Shown one piece after another: positions 21,035 through 31,804 of a stretch of 64,000 nucleotides of DNA (position 1 is its first letter; the number at the start of each line of letters is the position of its first letter). The DNA is taken from NCBI GenBank assembly GCA_005880575.1, contig VBIZ01000104.1, positions 3,735 to 67,734 of the forward strand, written 5' to 3'. Source of the stretch: Chloroflexota bacterium (lineage in GTDB: Bacteria > Chloroflexota > Limnocylindria > P2-11E). Below the pieces are notes generated by a model. It saw only the letters and a program-made list of their open reading frames with translations. It ran no database searches and was not told where the DNA came from. Position numbers and translations under genes: made by a program.

Positions 21035-22723
21035 ATGACCGTGAAGAGATCCAAGCTCGTCTCGCTTCTTGCCCTCGTCCTGTATCTCGGAAGCTCGACG
21101 ATCACGGACGCGTCGTCGACGTCGTGGCAGTTCCCAGCCGGCCTGACAAATGTCGTGGCCAGCGCCCGGACGGCGGGTGGCGGTTATCCCGTGCCACCCG
21201 GTGAGCGTGTCCCGGTCGCGGGGACGTGCCGGCCCGGGCCCTTCGATGCGAACCACTCCGAGTCCTGGATCGCGGCGAAGCCGGGGACCGAGGATCTCGT
21301 GGGCTCCTCGAAGTTCTTCTTCGACAAATACAGCACCTTCTACATGTTCTATCTCGGCGCCCATCAGATCCCACACGGCACGCCGGCGGGCAACAACCAG
21401 ATCCAGGGGTATGACTGCCTGAGCACGGGGACGCAGGCGATGCCGCCGAGCTGGACCGACACGACCGACCCCAACCTCGACTTCGACACACAGGGCCGCG
21501 TCTACCAGGTCATGCTTCCGTTCAACTCATTCTTCGACGCGACGAAGCTGCACCCCGACGGCGAGATCGACATTTCGTACAGCGACGACCTTGGTCGCAC
21601 ATGGGTCAAGGGCAACGGCGGCCAGCCGCTCGAGAACACCAACAACGCCTCGGCGAAGCAGGCCGGACACGTCGAGGACAAGCAGTGGGTCGCCGTCAAC
21701 CACATCGTCGGGCATCGCTTCCAGGATCACGTCTACGCCGCGTGGGCCGTTTTCAACGGCTCATCGAACGGCCAGGGCGTGAAAGTGAAGATGGCGGTCT
21801 CGCGCGATCGCGGCCAGACCTTCGACAACGCCGTGACGATCACGCCGCCGTCACAGGTCGGCGCGGCGGCGACGTTCGTCATTCCGCAGATCGACGCCGC
21901 CGGCGACGTGTACGTCTCCGTCGTGTCCTTCCCCCCGAACGGCGGCGCGTCGACGATCTACGTCGCCCGGTCGGGCGATGACGGGCGCACGTTCTCGCCG
22001 TTCGTTCCGATCACGACCGTCAGCGCGATCCCGACGGCCGGTCTGCCGAATACGCGGTTCCGCGACGGAATAACCGAGAGCTTCTCCGCGAGCCCGACCT
22101 ACGCGGGCCACCTCTACCTCACCTACGAGGACTGGGATGCGGTCCGCGGCCAGATGGACGTGAAGCTCACGCAGTCGACGGACCGCGGCCTCACGTGGTC
22201 GACGCCGATCGTCGTCAACGACAACGTCGATGCGGCCGGCGTTCCGACTGACCAGTTCCAGCCCTCGATCGCCGCCGGTCCGGGCGGGGCCGTCGCGGTC
22301 GCGTTCTACGACCGCCGCGCGGCGTGCCCAACTGGCGACGCGAGCATTCTTGCGGCCGACGTGGGGCGGGCGAACTTCTGCATCGACACCACCCTGCAGG
22401 CGTACAAGGACACGGGCAGCGGCGCGGTCAGCGTCGGCGCGAACCGTCGACTCACGCAACACACGTGGGACCCCGAGCAGCCGGGGCAGCACCTCGGCGG
22501 CCTCTCGCAATACCCGTGCGCCGGCGCGCGCGATCCGTGCCCGAGCGGACGGGGCTTCATCGGCGACTACTTCGGGCTGGTCGTCTCCGGGAAGAACGTC
22601 TACGCGCTCCTCGTGTCGACGCACTACGCCTCGGACGTGACCGCCGACGAGGGCGGGCCCGTCTACTACCAGCAGCAGGTGCTCGCGACCGTGCCGCGAT
22701 CCTCCCTCGGGAACGGCTACTAG
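21035..22723 (+). CDS. Secreted BNR/Asp-box beta-propeller protein (sialidase-like)
   Basis: Signal peptide; Asp-boxes SDDLGRTW, SRDRGQTF, SGDDGRTF, STDRGLTW; DKQW and FIGDY motifs. Confidence 0.8.
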   Translation: MTVKRSKLVSLLALVLYLGSSTITDASSTSWQFPAGLTNVVASARTAGGGYPVPPGERVPVAGTCRPGPFDANHSESWIAAKPGTEDLVGSSKFFFDKYSTFYMFYLGAHQIPHGTPAGNNQIQGYDCLSTGTQAMPPSWTDTTDPNLDFDTQGRVYQVMLPFNSFFDATKLHPDGEIDISYSDDLGRTWVKGNGGQPLENTNNASAKQAGHVEDKQWVAVNHIVGHRFQDHVYAAWAVFNGSSNGQGVKVKMAVSRDRGQTFDNAVTITPPSQVGAAATFVIPQIDAAGDVYVSVVSFPPNGGASTIYVARSGDDGRTFSPFVPITTVSAIPTAGLPNTRFRDGITESFSASPTYAGHLYLTYEDWDAVRGQMDVKLTQSTDRGLTWSTPIVVNDNVDAAGVPTDQFQPSIAAGPGGAVAVAFYDRRAACPTGDASILAADVGRANFCIDTTLQAYKDTGSGAVSVGANRRLTQHTWDPEQPGQHLGGLSQYPCAGARDPCPSGRGFIGDYFGLVVSGKNVYALLVSTHYASDVTADEGGPVYYQQQVLATVPRSSLGNGY

Positions 22724-22750
22724 CCACACGCTCGCTCGACTGACGGACGC

Positions 22751-23410
22751 ATGCGCGCGCTGATCTTCGACCTGGACGGAACGCTCATCGACACCGTGTA
22801 CGCGCACGTCTTCGCGTGGCAGCGGGCGCTCGCGGAGTCCGGTCTCGCGATCGATGGGTGGAAGATCCACCGCCGCATTGGGATGAGCGGCGGCCTCTTC
22901 ACGCGCGCGGTCGCGCGCGAGGTCGGGAAGCCGCTGAGCGATGACGACGCCGGGCGAATACAGGCCCGCCACGGCGTGTTGTTCCGCGAGCTGCTGCCGG
23001 AGCGCCGCCCGCTTCCGGGTGCGGTCGAGCTGCTGCGCTGGCTGCGTGACCAGAAGATCACGCATGGCATCGCGACGTCGGGCCGGCATCCGGAGATCGA
23101 CAGCTCGCTCGCGGCGCTCGGCGTACCGGCGGACATGGTGGTTGTCGATCGCGGCGACGTCCTTCGGGCGAAGCCGGAGCCGGACCTTTTCTTGAAATGT
23201 CAGGAACAGCTGGGGGCCGACATCCGCGATTGCTACGTGGTCGGCGATGCGGTGTGGGATCTCCTCGCCGCCCGACGCGCGGGGATGCTGAGCGTCGGTC
23301 TCCTTTCAGGTGGGTACGGCTGGGACGAGCTCACCTCGGCCGGCGCGTTCCGGGTCTATCGCGACGCCGCGGATCTCCATCGCTCTCTCGACGAGCTCGG
23401 CATCCTCTGA
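22751..23410 (+). CDS. HAD-superfamily hydrolase
   Basis: FDLDGTLID, ATS, KPEPD, VGDAVWD motifs. Confidence 0.9.
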   Translation: MRALIFDLDGTLIDTVYAHVFAWQRALAESGLAIDGWKIHRRIGMSGGLFTRAVAREVGKPLSDDDAGRIQARHGVLFRELLPERRPLPGAVELLRWLRDQKITHGIATSGRHPEIDSSLAALGVPADMVVVDRGDVLRAKPEPDLFLKCQEQLGADIRDCYVVGDAVWDLLAARRAGMLSVGLLSGGYGWDELTSAGAFRVYRDAADLHRSLDELGIL

Positions 23411-23480
23411 TCTGAAGCGCGCCGGCGTGCGAGGCGTAGGCTGTCGGGCGGCAGCGAGCACTGAATAGGGGAGGAACGAG

Positions 23481-23792
23481 ATGTTCGCTCGTGTCACGAG
23501 GTATGAGGGCGACCCCGACAAGCTGGAAGCAGCGACGAAGCTCATCAAGGAGACGATCGCCCCCGGCGCGAAGAGGCTCCAAGGGTTCAAGGGCGGATAC
23601 TGGCTCGTCGATCGCGCGACCGGGAAGGGATTCAGCGTGACGCTCTTCGAGAGCGAAGCCGCACTTCACGCGACCGAGGACGACGCGGCGCAGCTCCGCT
23701 CGCGCGCTTCGGCGGTCGCGAGGATCACGGCTATCGAGCGGTACGAGGTGATCGCCGAAGCCCAGGTCGAGGAGCTCGCTCCCGCGCGCTAG
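23481..23792 (+). CDS. Small dimeric alpha/beta-barrel (ABM-like) hypothetical protein
   Basis: MFARV, GFKG...LVDRATGK..SVTLFES pattern; GGAGG RBS. Confidence 0.7.
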   Translation: MFARVTRYEGDPDKLEAATKLIKETIAPGAKRLQGFKGGYWLVDRATGKGFSVTLFESEAALHATEDDAAQLRSRASAVARITAIERYEVIAEAQVEELAPAR

Positions 23793-24826
23793 CCTTTCCC
23801 CTCTTTCACGTACGCCACACCGTCTGCGGCGGGCGGCGTCGAACGGCCGACGACGCCCGCCAGGATCACGATCGTCATGAGGTAGGGCAGAGCCGCGTAC
23901 CAATTGCTCGGGATCGATCGCATGATGTTGCCGAGGTCTCCCTCGGGGACGCGGATGCTCACGACCACACCGAGCGCCGTCGCCGTCCCGAACAGGAGCG
24001 CGCCCGCGAAGGCGCCGATCGGCGTCCACCGACCGAAGATCATCGCCGCGAGCGCGATGAACCCGCGGCCATTCGTCATCCCGTTCTGGAACGAGCCGGT
24101 CGACTCGAGGGTGAGGAACGCGCCGGCGAGGCCGGCGAGCCCGCATCCCAAGATCACGTTGAGGTAGCGCTGCCGGTAGACGTCGATGCCGACGGTGTCG
24201 GCGGCCTTGGGGTGCTCGCCCACGGCCCGTGTCCGGAGTCCCCAGCGAGTCCGGAATAGAGCGAACTGGAGGGCGATCACGATAAAGAGGACGCTCATCG
24301 CGATCGGACCCTGATCGAAGAACATGACGAGGACGGGGCCGGCGATCGGCAGGTTCGCGACGGCGTCCGGGAGGTGGAAGGGGGCGATGACGCCGGCGCC
24401 GCCCAGACCCGAAGGCGTAATGATGAGCCGGTTCAGATAGCCGGTCACGCCGAACGCGGCGATGTTCATCATCGTGCCGGCGATGATCTGGTCGGCCCGC
24501 ACCGAGACGGTCAACCACGCGTGCGCCAGTCCGAGCAGCCCGCCGACGATGATCGCCACGAGGATCCCGAGCGCGATCGAGGCGCCGGGACCGACCGCGC
24601 TGTGCAGCGCGAACCCCGTGAGGTATGCGAAAAACGCGGCCATGAGCATGATGCCCTCGATGCCGATGTTGACGACGCCGGATCGTTCGTTGAGCACACC
24701 GCAGAGCGCGCCGAGCGCGAGCGGCGTCGCGAGCGCGAGGATGATCGGCAGAAGGTCGGGGACGACCGTGAAGAGGTACACGCCGAGCTCCCAGATGAGA
24801 CGGAAGAACGTGGCGATCGCGTCCAT
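23789..24826 (-). CDS. Nucleoside/simple-sugar ABC transporter permease
   Basis: ERSGVVNIGIEG, GLRTRAVGEHP.AA, GRGFIALAA. Confidence 0.9.
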   Translation of the reverse strand: MDAIATFFRLIWELGVYLFTVVPDLLPIILALATPLALGALCGVLNERSGVVNIGIEGIMLMAAFFAYLTGFALHSAVGPGASIALGILVAIIVGGLLGLAHAWLTVSVRADQIIAGTMMNIAAFGVTGYLNRLIITPSGLGGAGVIAPFHLPDAVANLPIAGPVLVMFFDQGPIAMSVLFIVIALQFALFRTRWGLRTRAVGEHPKAADTVGIDVYRQRYLNVILGCGLAGLAGAFLTLESTGSFQNGMTNGRGFIALAAMIFGRWTPIGAFAGALLFGTATALGVVVSIRVPEGDLGNIMRSIPSNWYAALPYLMTIVILAGVVGRSTPPAADGVAYVKEGKG

Positions 24827-25969
24827 CTAGGTCGCCCCGCCCGGAGGCGTGCCGCCCGCCCAGGTTCGCGCGACGGTCGCGAGCTCCGAGATGACCGGCT
24901 TCGTCGAGCGCACGCGGAAGACGCGCCGCACGATGAGGTCGGCGGCGAGGAACAGGATGACGAGAGCCTGGATGATGTCGATGATCTCGATGGGTACGCT
25001 CGTCTCGATCTGCATGAGCGGCGCGCCGGCGCGAAAAGCGCCGAAGAGGATCGCGGCGAACAGGATCCCGATCGGGTCCGACCGTCCGAGGAGCGCGACG
25101 GCGATCGAATCGAAGCCGACCGACGCGGTGATGCCGGGGGCGTAGAAGCCGATCACGCCGAGCATCTGGATCGCGCCGGCGATGCCCGCGAGGAGGCCCG
25201 AAAGAGTCATCGTCAACGTCGTGACGAAGACCGGCCGCATGCCGGCGTAGCGCGCCGCGTTTGGGTTCTGGCCGACCGTCCGGATCTCGAAGCCGATCGT
25301 TGTCCGATCGAGCAGCCACCGCACGGCGAACACGAAGAGGACAGCGAGCGGGATCCCCAAATGCAGGTTTCGGGGGAGCAGGACCGGCAACGCGCTGTTC
25401 CCGATCTCCCCCGTGCGCGGGAATGAGAACCCCGGGGCGCGAACGAGATCGTTCACCGCCCACGTGAGTAGAAGGACCGCGGCGTTGTTGAGCATGATCG
25501 TCGTGACCACCTCGTGCGCCCCGGTCCGCGCCTTGAGGAATCCCGGGATGAAGCCGAAGGCCGCGCCGCCCAGCGCTCCCGCGACCATCGCGGCCGGTGC
25601 GGCAAGCACAGTCGGCGAGTCGGCGAGTCGCGCGCCGACGACCGCCGCGGCGAAGGCGCCGACGAGGAACTGACCGGCGACGCCGATGTTGAAGAGGCCG
25701 GCCTTGAACCCGAGGCCGACGGCCAACCCGCCGAGGATGAGCGGCGCGGCGGCGACAAGTGTGTTGACGATGCCCGTGCCGCTTCCGAACGCGCCCGCGA
25801 GCAGGCTCCCGTAGGCGCCGAGCGGAAGGAACACGTCGAGCCCGGTGGAGGTGAACACACTCGAAATGACGATCACGAACGCGGCGACGATGAACGCGAG
25901 GACGATCGCGAGCAGCGGGATCGAGGCGACGCGCCAGATTCGCCTTGCCGCCTGCCGGAGCCGGCTCAC
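24827..25969 (-). CDS. Nucleoside/simple-sugar ABC transporter permease
   Basis: [28 protein letters not shown]. Confidence 0.9.
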   Translation of the reverse strand: MSRLRQAARRIWRVASIPLLAIVLAFIVAAFVIVISSVFTSTGLDVFLPLGAYGSLLAGAFGSGTGIVNTLVAAAPLILGGLAVGLGFKAGLFNIGVAGQFLVGAFAAAVVGARLADSPTVLAAPAAMVAGALGGAAFGFIPGFLKARTGAHEVVTTIMLNNAAVLLLTWAVNDLVRAPGFSFPRTGEIGNSALPVLLPRNLHLGIPLAVLFVFAVRWLLDRTTIGFEIRTVGQNPNAARYAGMRPVFVTTLTMTLSGLLAGIAGAIQMLGVIGFYAPGITASVGFDSIAVALLGRSDPIGILFAAILFGAFRAGAPLMQIETSVPIEIIDIIQALVILFLAADLIVRRVFRVRSTKPVISELATVARTWAGGTPPGGAT

Positions 25970-27504
25970 GCTCGCGCCCCACCCGTGGCCATGAGGAGCC
26001 CGACCTTTTCCCGCTGGGCTTCCTCCGCCGGAAATGTCCCGACGATCCGACCGCGGAACATGACAAGCACGCGATCCGAGAGGTCGAGAACCTCATCCAG
26101 CTCGGCGGAGATGAGCAGGACCGCGGCGCCGCCGTCGCGGCGCCCGATAACCTGTTTGTGGATGAACTCGATGCTGCCGACATCGAGGCCGCGGGTCGGC
26201 TGATCGAGAACGAGGAGCTTGAGGTCGTGCCGGAACTCGCGCGCGACGACGACTTTCTGCTGATTCCCTCCCGAGAGCGTCCCTGCCGGAACCTTCGGGT
26301 CCGGGGCCCGTATGTCGAATTCCTTCATGAGCCGGATCGCGTTCTCCGCGATCGCGCGGAAGTTCCGGATGATCCCGGCGAATCCGCCGGCGAACGGCGG
26401 ATCCCCATATCTCGTGAGCGCGAGGTTGTCGTCGAGAGGGTAGGTGAGGACGAGCCCGTACTTGTGCCGGTCCGCCGGCACGAAGGCCATTCCCCGGTCG
26501 CGCCGGCGATCGACGGAGGCGCTCGTCAGGTCGTGCCCGCCGAGACGGATCGTGCCGCCCGTGGGCTTGCGGAGGCCGATGAGCGCTTCGACGAGCTCCT
26601 CCTGCCCGTTGCCCGCCACGCCCGCGATCCCGACGATCTCGCCCGCGCGCACCGATAGGTCGATCCCCTGCAAGGCGTCCTGTCCGCGGTCGTTCTTCGC
26701 GCGCAGGCCGGTGACCTCGAGCATCGACGCGCCCGGATGCGAGCGTCCGCGATCGACGCGGAGGCTGACGGCGCGTCCGACCATGAGCTCGGCGAGATCG
26801 TTCGCGTTCGTTTCGGCGGGCCTGCGGCTGCCCACGACCTTTCCGCGCCGGATGACCGTGATGCGGTCCGCGATCTCGAGGACCTCATCGAGCTTGTGGC
26901 TGATGAAGATGATGCTTGCGCCCTCCGCGCGAAGGCGGCGAAGGACCTCGAATATCTCGCGGGTCTCCTGCGGCGTCAGGACCGCGGTGGGCTCGTCGAG
27001 CACCAGGATCCGCGCGTTGCGGTAGATCGCTTTGAGGATCTCGACGCGCTGCTGCTGGCCCACCGAGAGCTCCTCGATCTTGCTCGACGGGTCGATGTCG
27101 AAGCCAAGCTTCTTGGCGAGGAGGTTGATCCGCGCGGCAGCCTCGCCGAGGTCGAGAATGCCGCCGGGACGAACGATCTCCTGTCCGAGCACGACGTTCT
27201 CGGCCACCGCGAGGACCGGTATGAGCATGAAGTGCTGGTGCACCATGCCGATGCCGCGCGCGATCGCGTCGGCCGGGTCGTGGATCGTGACCGGCTGTCC
27301 GTCGATGCGTATCTCGCCCGCGTCGGGCGTGACCAGGCCGTACAGGATGTTCATGAGCGTCGACTTGCCGGCGCCGTTCTCGCCGAGGAGCGCGTGGATC
27401 TCGCCGGGGCGCACCTCGAGATCAATGGCGTCGTTTGCGAGCGTCCCCGTCGGGAACCGCTTCGTGATGCCTCGCATCTCGAGGACCGGCGGTTGGTCGC
27501 CCAT
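25966..27504 (-). CDS. ABC transporter ATP-binding protein (CUT2, tandem NBD)
   Basis: [28 protein letters not shown]; start ATG 27504 behind GAGGAG. Confidence 0.92.
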   Translation of the reverse strand: MGDQPPVLEMRGITKRFPTGTLANDAIDLEVRPGEIHALLGENGAGKSTLMNILYGLVTPDAGEIRIDGQPVTIHDPADAIARGIGMVHQHFMLIPVLAVAENVVLGQEIVRPGGILDLGEAAARINLLAKKLGFDIDPSSKIEELSVGQQQRVEILKAIYRNARILVLDEPTAVLTPQETREIFEVLRRLRAEGASIIFISHKLDEVLEIADRITVIRRGKVVGSRRPAETNANDLAELMVGRAVSLRVDRGRSHPGASMLEVTGLRAKNDRGQDALQGIDLSVRAGEIVGIAGVAGNGQEELVEALIGLRKPTGGTIRLGGHDLTSASVDRRRDRGMAFVPADRHKYGLVLTYPLDDNLALTRYGDPPFAGGFAGIIRNFRAIAENAIRLMKEFDIRAPDPKVPAGTLSGGNQQKVVVAREFRHDLKLLVLDQPTRGLDVGSIEFIHKQVIGRRDGGAAVLLISAELDEVLDLSDRVLVMFRGRIVGTFPAEEAQREKVGLLMATGGARA

Positions 27505-27578
27505 GGGCTCCTCATGCGACGAGCGGGCCGAACCTCTTAGGCTCGGCCCGCTCGATCTCGATTTGCTCGCTCTAGAGG

Positions 27579-28565
27579 CTAGGGAACGGGCTTGAGCTTT
27601 CCGGACTTCATGTCGGCGAGAGCCTGCTTGAGCTTGTCCTCGAGTCCGGCCGGGACCGGGTTCAGGTTCCGCAGCGGCGAGTAGCCGATGCCGTCGTTGG
27701 TCGCGTCGTTCGTGAAGTTCCCGCTCTGCTTCCCCTTGTCCTTGAACCGCTTGATGCCGTCGCGGACGGCGTTCTGCAGACGCTTCTCGGCGCTCGTCAC
27801 GATGCACGCCTTGGAGTCCGGCAGAGACTGGTACTGGTCGACGTCGACGCCGATGCCCCAGATCTTCGCGCTGCAGGCCGCGCGGAGCGCGCCCGCGCCG
27901 GTGAGGCCTGCGACCTGGAAGATAACGTCGGCGCCCTGGCCGATCATGGTCTTCGCCGAGGCCTCGCCCTTGTCGGGCGCGTTGAAGTCGCCAACGTAGT
28001 TGACGAGGACCTGCACTCCGGGTTTCGTGGCCTGCGCGGCGTTCTGATATCCCTTGATGTAGTTGACGACCGGCGGAACATCTTCGCGTCCGCCGACTGC
28101 TCCGATCTTGTTGCTCTTGGTGATCGTGCCGGCCACGATCCCTGCAAGGTAGCCGGCCTGCGCCTCGTTGAAGAGCAGACCCTGGTAGTTCGCGGGGATC
28201 GGATCTGCGATGAACTGGTCGACGCCGAAGAACTGGATGTTCGGGTTGGCCTTCGCCGCGGCGGTCGTCTCGGTCCCGATGAGGAACCCGACGGTGACGA
28301 TGATGTCGTACTTCTGATCGACGAAGCTCTGGATGTTCTGCTTGTAGTCCGCGATGTCCTTGGTGACGATGTTCTTCGCGGTCCCACCGACCGCGCTGGC
28401 GCCGTCCTGGACGCCCTTCCACGAGAACTCGTTGAACGACTTGTCCTCGAGCTGGCCGATGTCGGTGACCATCCCGATCTTGAGGCCTCCGCCCAGGAGC
28501 CCGCCGCCGCCGCAGCCGGCGACCACGACTCCCAAGGCAAGGCCCAGCGCTAGAAGACGCTTCAT
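27579..28565 (-). CDS. BMP family ABC substrate-binding lipoprotein (nucleoside-binding type)
   Basis: Lipobox VAGC, DKSFN, GYLAG, GADVIF, IGVDVDQ. Confidence 0.92.
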   Translation of the reverse strand: MKRLLALGLALGVVVAGCGGGGLLGGGLKIGMVTDIGQLEDKSFNEFSWKGVQDGASAVGGTAKNIVTKDIADYKQNIQSFVDQKYDIIVTVGFLIGTETTAAAKANPNIQFFGVDQFIADPIPANYQGLLFNEAQAGYLAGIVAGTITKSNKIGAVGGREDVPPVVNYIKGYQNAAQATKPGVQVLVNYVGDFNAPDKGEASAKTMIGQGADVIFQVAGLTGAGALRAACSAKIWGIGVDVDQYQSLPDSKACIVTSAEKRLQNAVRDGIKRFKDKGKQSGNFTNDATNDGIGYSPLRNLNPVPAGLEDKLKQALADMKSGKLKPVP

Positions 28566-28623
28566 GTTTCTCGTCCGACCTCCCTCAATTCGTCGCGCGG
28601 GCGCGCGACGCGCCGATTCTAGG

Positions 28624-29697
28624 TCAGGCGAGGACGCTCCACAGAAGGTAACCAATGAACACGACGTAGAGGCTTCCTCCGACCATGAGCGAGGACAGCG
28701 GCAGTGCGTTCTCGCGCGCCCGGACGCGGAGCTGGACGTAGATGAGGAGGCCGGAGATCAGCGCGAACACGGCCGCAACGGTGCCGTACTGCCCGAGCTG
28801 CCAGGGCGTGAGCAGGACGCCGATCGTCACCGGGAACGTCGACTGAAAGACCATCGCGCCGGTCACGTTGCCCAGGGCGATCACGTCCTTGCTGTCGCGT
28901 GTCCAGATGAGCGAGTTCGCCGCTTCGGGAAGCTCGGTGGCGAGCGGGGCCAGGATGAGGGCGACCAGGAGCGTGTTGAAGTGCATCGCGTGAGAGAAGT
29001 CCTCGACGAAGTCCGCGAAGAAACGCGCGCCAAGCAGGATCGCGCCGAACGCGACGAGCGTCTGCGTGAGGACCAGCCACAGCGGCGGCGTCGCGTCCCG
29101 CAACCTGACCCCGACCCTCCCGAGGAGGCCCACGAAGGTCAGCTGGTCGAAGGCCTCGCGCTCCTCCATCTCCTCCTCGATGTCCTCGGCCGTCCGCCGC
29201 GGTGCGCGGAGCACTAGATAGAGATAGAGGAAGTACGCGGGTAGGAAGACCCAGCCGAGATAGCCCTTGAGGAAGTGGAGGTCCGGGGGAAGCAGGGCCA
29301 GGCCGAGGGCGATCGCGTACAGGACGAGGAAGAACGAGAGGTCCCGCAGCGCGTGGGGCGCGTCGACATGAAGCGTGTCGCGCTTTCGTTTCTTGCGGAG
29401 AACGAACGCCGTGACACCGATGAGCAGCATCACGAGCGTTCCGAGCATGAACGGGGCGCCGAGGATCGCCCCGACACCGATCTCGGCGGAATCCGCCGTG
29501 TTCGTGAACACGATCGCGACGATCGGGATCAGCGTCTCGGGCGTCGCCGTGCCGAGCGCCGCCAGGATGCTGCCGGTCGCGCCCTCGCTGATGCGGAGCT
29601 TGAGACCGAGCCACTCGACCCCGTTCGTGAAAACCTCGGCGCCGACGAGGATCAGGACGAACGCGCCGACAATGAGCGCGATGTCGATCAGGCCCAT
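28624..29697 (-). CDS. Sodium:calcium antiporter (CaCA family)
   Basis: Alpha-repeat motifs GTATPE and ATELPE...GN; acidic central loop. Confidence 0.88.
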   Translation of the reverse strand: MGLIDIALIVGAFVLILVGAEVFTNGVEWLGLKLRISEGATGSILAALGTATPETLIPIVAIVFTNTADSAEIGVGAILGAPFMLGTLVMLLIGVTAFVLRKKRKRDTLHVDAPHALRDLSFFLVLYAIALGLALLPPDLHFLKGYLGWVFLPAYFLYLYLVLRAPRRTAEDIEEEMEEREAFDQLTFVGLLGRVGVRLRDATPPLWLVLTQTLVAFGAILLGARFFADFVEDFSHAMHFNTLLVALILAPLATELPEAANSLIWTRDSKDVIALGNVTGAMVFQSTFPVTIGVLLTPWQLGQYGTVAAVFALISGLLIYVQLRVRARENALPLSSLMVGGSLYVVFIGYLLWSVLA

Positions 29698-29709
29698 GGC
29701 CGCCGAACT

Positions 29710-31266
29710 CTACGGGTGAGCGACGGCCGCAGGTGGCGCGGCGCCGCGGCGGCGCGCGCGAATGGTGCGAACGAGGGGAATGAGCACGAGAACGATGGCC
29801 AGAACGAGAAGGACCGTCGAGAGCCCGCTGTTGAAGAAGTACAGCGGGCTTCCGTGGCCGGCGATGAGCGCCTTGCGGAGCTCGCGTTCCATCGAGTCAC
29901 CGAGAACGAGCGCGACCACCAGGGGCGCGAGCGGGTATTTCATCTTGCGCAGCCAGTACCCGATCAGGCCGAAGATCACCGTGATGAAGACGTCGAGCAT
30001 GCTGTTGTTCAGCGAGTACGAGCCGATGATCGAGATCACCACGATGAACGGAGTGATGATCGCGTAGGGCACCCGCATGATCATCGCGAGGAGCGGCACC
30101 GCGAGCAGGCACAGGATGAAGGTCAGGAGATGCCCGAGGTAGATGCTCGCGATGAGGCCCCAGACGAAGTCGGGATGCTGGATGAAGAGCACCGGGCCGG
30201 GCTGAAGCCCCCAGATGAAGAGGCCGGCCATGATCACGGCGGACGTCGGCGAGCCCGGGATCCCGAGCGTGATCATCGGCACGAGTGAAGCGACGCCGGC
30301 CGAGTCCGCGGCGGCCTGCGGTCCCATGATCCCGGAGATCTCGCCCTTGCCGAAATTCTCCTTGTTCTTCGAGTACTGACGGGCGAGGCCGTAGCCGAGG
30401 AACGATGCGGCCGTCGCGCCGTGCCCGGGCAGGACGCCAAAGAAGAATCCGATGACCGCGTTCGAGAGGACGAGGCGGAGACGCTTGCGCAGCTCGCCGA
30501 CCGCCGCGAAGACGTCCTGCAGCCCGAGGCGGGCGGAGATGTTCTCGACGAATCCGATGCCCTGCTCTTCGGCCGACGCGAGGATCTCGCCGATGCCGAA
30601 GAGGCCGATCGTCACGGGTACGAAGCTGATGCCCGAGAGGAGCGAGATTTGCCCGAAGTTGAGCCGCTGCTCGCCGGTTACCGTGTCGAAGCCGACCGCC
30701 GCGAGGAGCAGCCCCAGGGCGAGCATCGCGACGCTCTTCATCGGCGCCTCCGCACCGAGGCCGATGAGCGTGGCGAAGGAGAGCACGAAGACCGCGAAGA
30801 GCTCCGCCGGCCCGAACTCGAGCGCCTTCAGCGCGATTGGCAGCGCGAAGAACGTGAAGAGGATCGTGGAGACGAGCGCGCCGAGGAACGACGAGACAAA
30901 CGAGCTCGCGAGGGCGAGACCTGGCTTGCCGAGCCGCTTCGCGAGGGGGAAGCCGTCGAAGAGCAGCACGACCGCCCACGGCTCGCCTGGGATGTTGAAA
31001 AGGATCGAAGTGATGACGCCCCCGAAGAGCGCGCCCCAGTAGATGCCGGCGAGGAAGATGATCGCGGTGGTCGCGTCCGACCCCGGCAACGATCCATGGG
31101 CGATGAAGACGGTGATCGGCAGGAGGATCGCGACACCGCTCGTGCCGCCGAGTCCCGGGAGCACCCCGATGACGAGACCGAGAACGACGGCGACGAAGAG
31201 CATGGCCATGTTGATTGGATGGAGCGCGGTCGCGAACCCGCCGGCGAGATCGCCGAAGACCTCCAT
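29710..31266 (-). CDS. tctA: Tripartite tricarboxylate transporter large subunit
   Basis: G.LPGLG, SILFNIPG, PMITLGIPGS, GLQPGP. Confidence 0.92.
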   Translation of the reverse strand: MEVFGDLAGGFATALHPINMAMLFVAVVLGLVIGVLPGLGGTSGVAILLPITVFIAHGSLPGSDATTAIIFLAGIYWGALFGGVITSILFNIPGEPWAVVLLFDGFPLAKRLGKPGLALASSFVSSFLGALVSTILFTFFALPIALKALEFGPAELFAVFVLSFATLIGLGAEAPMKSVAMLALGLLLAAVGFDTVTGEQRLNFGQISLLSGISFVPVTIGLFGIGEILASAEEQGIGFVENISARLGLQDVFAAVGELRKRLRLVLSNAVIGFFFGVLPGHGATAASFLGYGLARQYSKNKENFGKGEISGIMGPQAAADSAGVASLVPMITLGIPGSPTSAVIMAGLFIWGLQPGPVLFIQHPDFVWGLIASIYLGHLLTFILCLLAVPLLAMIMRVPYAIITPFIVVISIIGSYSLNNSMLDVFITVIFGLIGYWLRKMKYPLAPLVVALVLGDSMERELRKALIAGHGSPLYFFNSGLSTVLLVLAIVLVLIPLVRTIRARRRGAAPPAAVAHP

Positions 31267-31794
31267 CTAGAACGGAAGAATGCCGGAGTCGTAGAGGAAG
31301 CTCTTCGGGAGGCTCACGCGGAAACCGATCTCGAACACCGCGAAGATGACGATCGGGAAGGCCACCGCGATCGCCCCGACCCACCAGATCTTGTAGCGTC
31401 CCAGCCACCACGCGAAGAGGCCCATGTAGAGCGCAGTGGAGAGATAGAAGCCGAACGGTGGAACGATGGTGTACGTGAAGTCGGTGGTCCGCCACCGGAT
31501 GCCCCCGATCAAGAGCGCGTATCCGAGCATGGGTACGGCAAGCTTCAGGACCGCGAAGAGGCTCTTGGCTCCCGCGAATGCGCCCTCGACCCCCTGAGGC
31601 GTGGTGAGCGCCCGGTAGCCGACGAAGACCGAAGCCACTCCCATGATCGTCGCCGCCCAGAACGGGTACCAGCGCGAGCCGACGTCCCCCGGCGCCGTGC
31701 CTGCGGAGGGACTGAACGCGGCGCGCGAGTCGAACATGGCGACGGCGGCGATCAGAACGATCGCCGCCGCCGTCGCTACCTGATAAGGCCTCAC
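31267..31794 (-). CDS. tctB: Tripartite tricarboxylate transporter small subunit
   Basis: 4-5 TM segments, GF..ST and F...F.V.LP motifs; lies between tctC and tctA. Confidence 0.85.
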   Translation of the reverse strand: MRPYQVATAAAIVLIAAVAMFDSRAAFSPSAGTAPGDVGSRWYPFWAATIMGVASVFVGYRALTTPQGVEGAFAGAKSLFAVLKLAVPMLGYALLIGGIRWRTTDFTYTIVPPFGFYLSTALYMGLFAWWLGRYKIWWVGAIAVAFPIVIFAVFEIGFRVSLPKSFLYDSGILPF

Positions 31795-31804
31795 CTACGC
31801 GTGA

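Noticed and set aside
23331..26183. Very long alternative-frame ORFs (950 aa here; also 40323..43118, 60144..62957, 18061..20445)
   Set aside because: Shadow ORFs from high GC and codon bias, Arg/Ala/Pro-rich or antisense to well-supported genes
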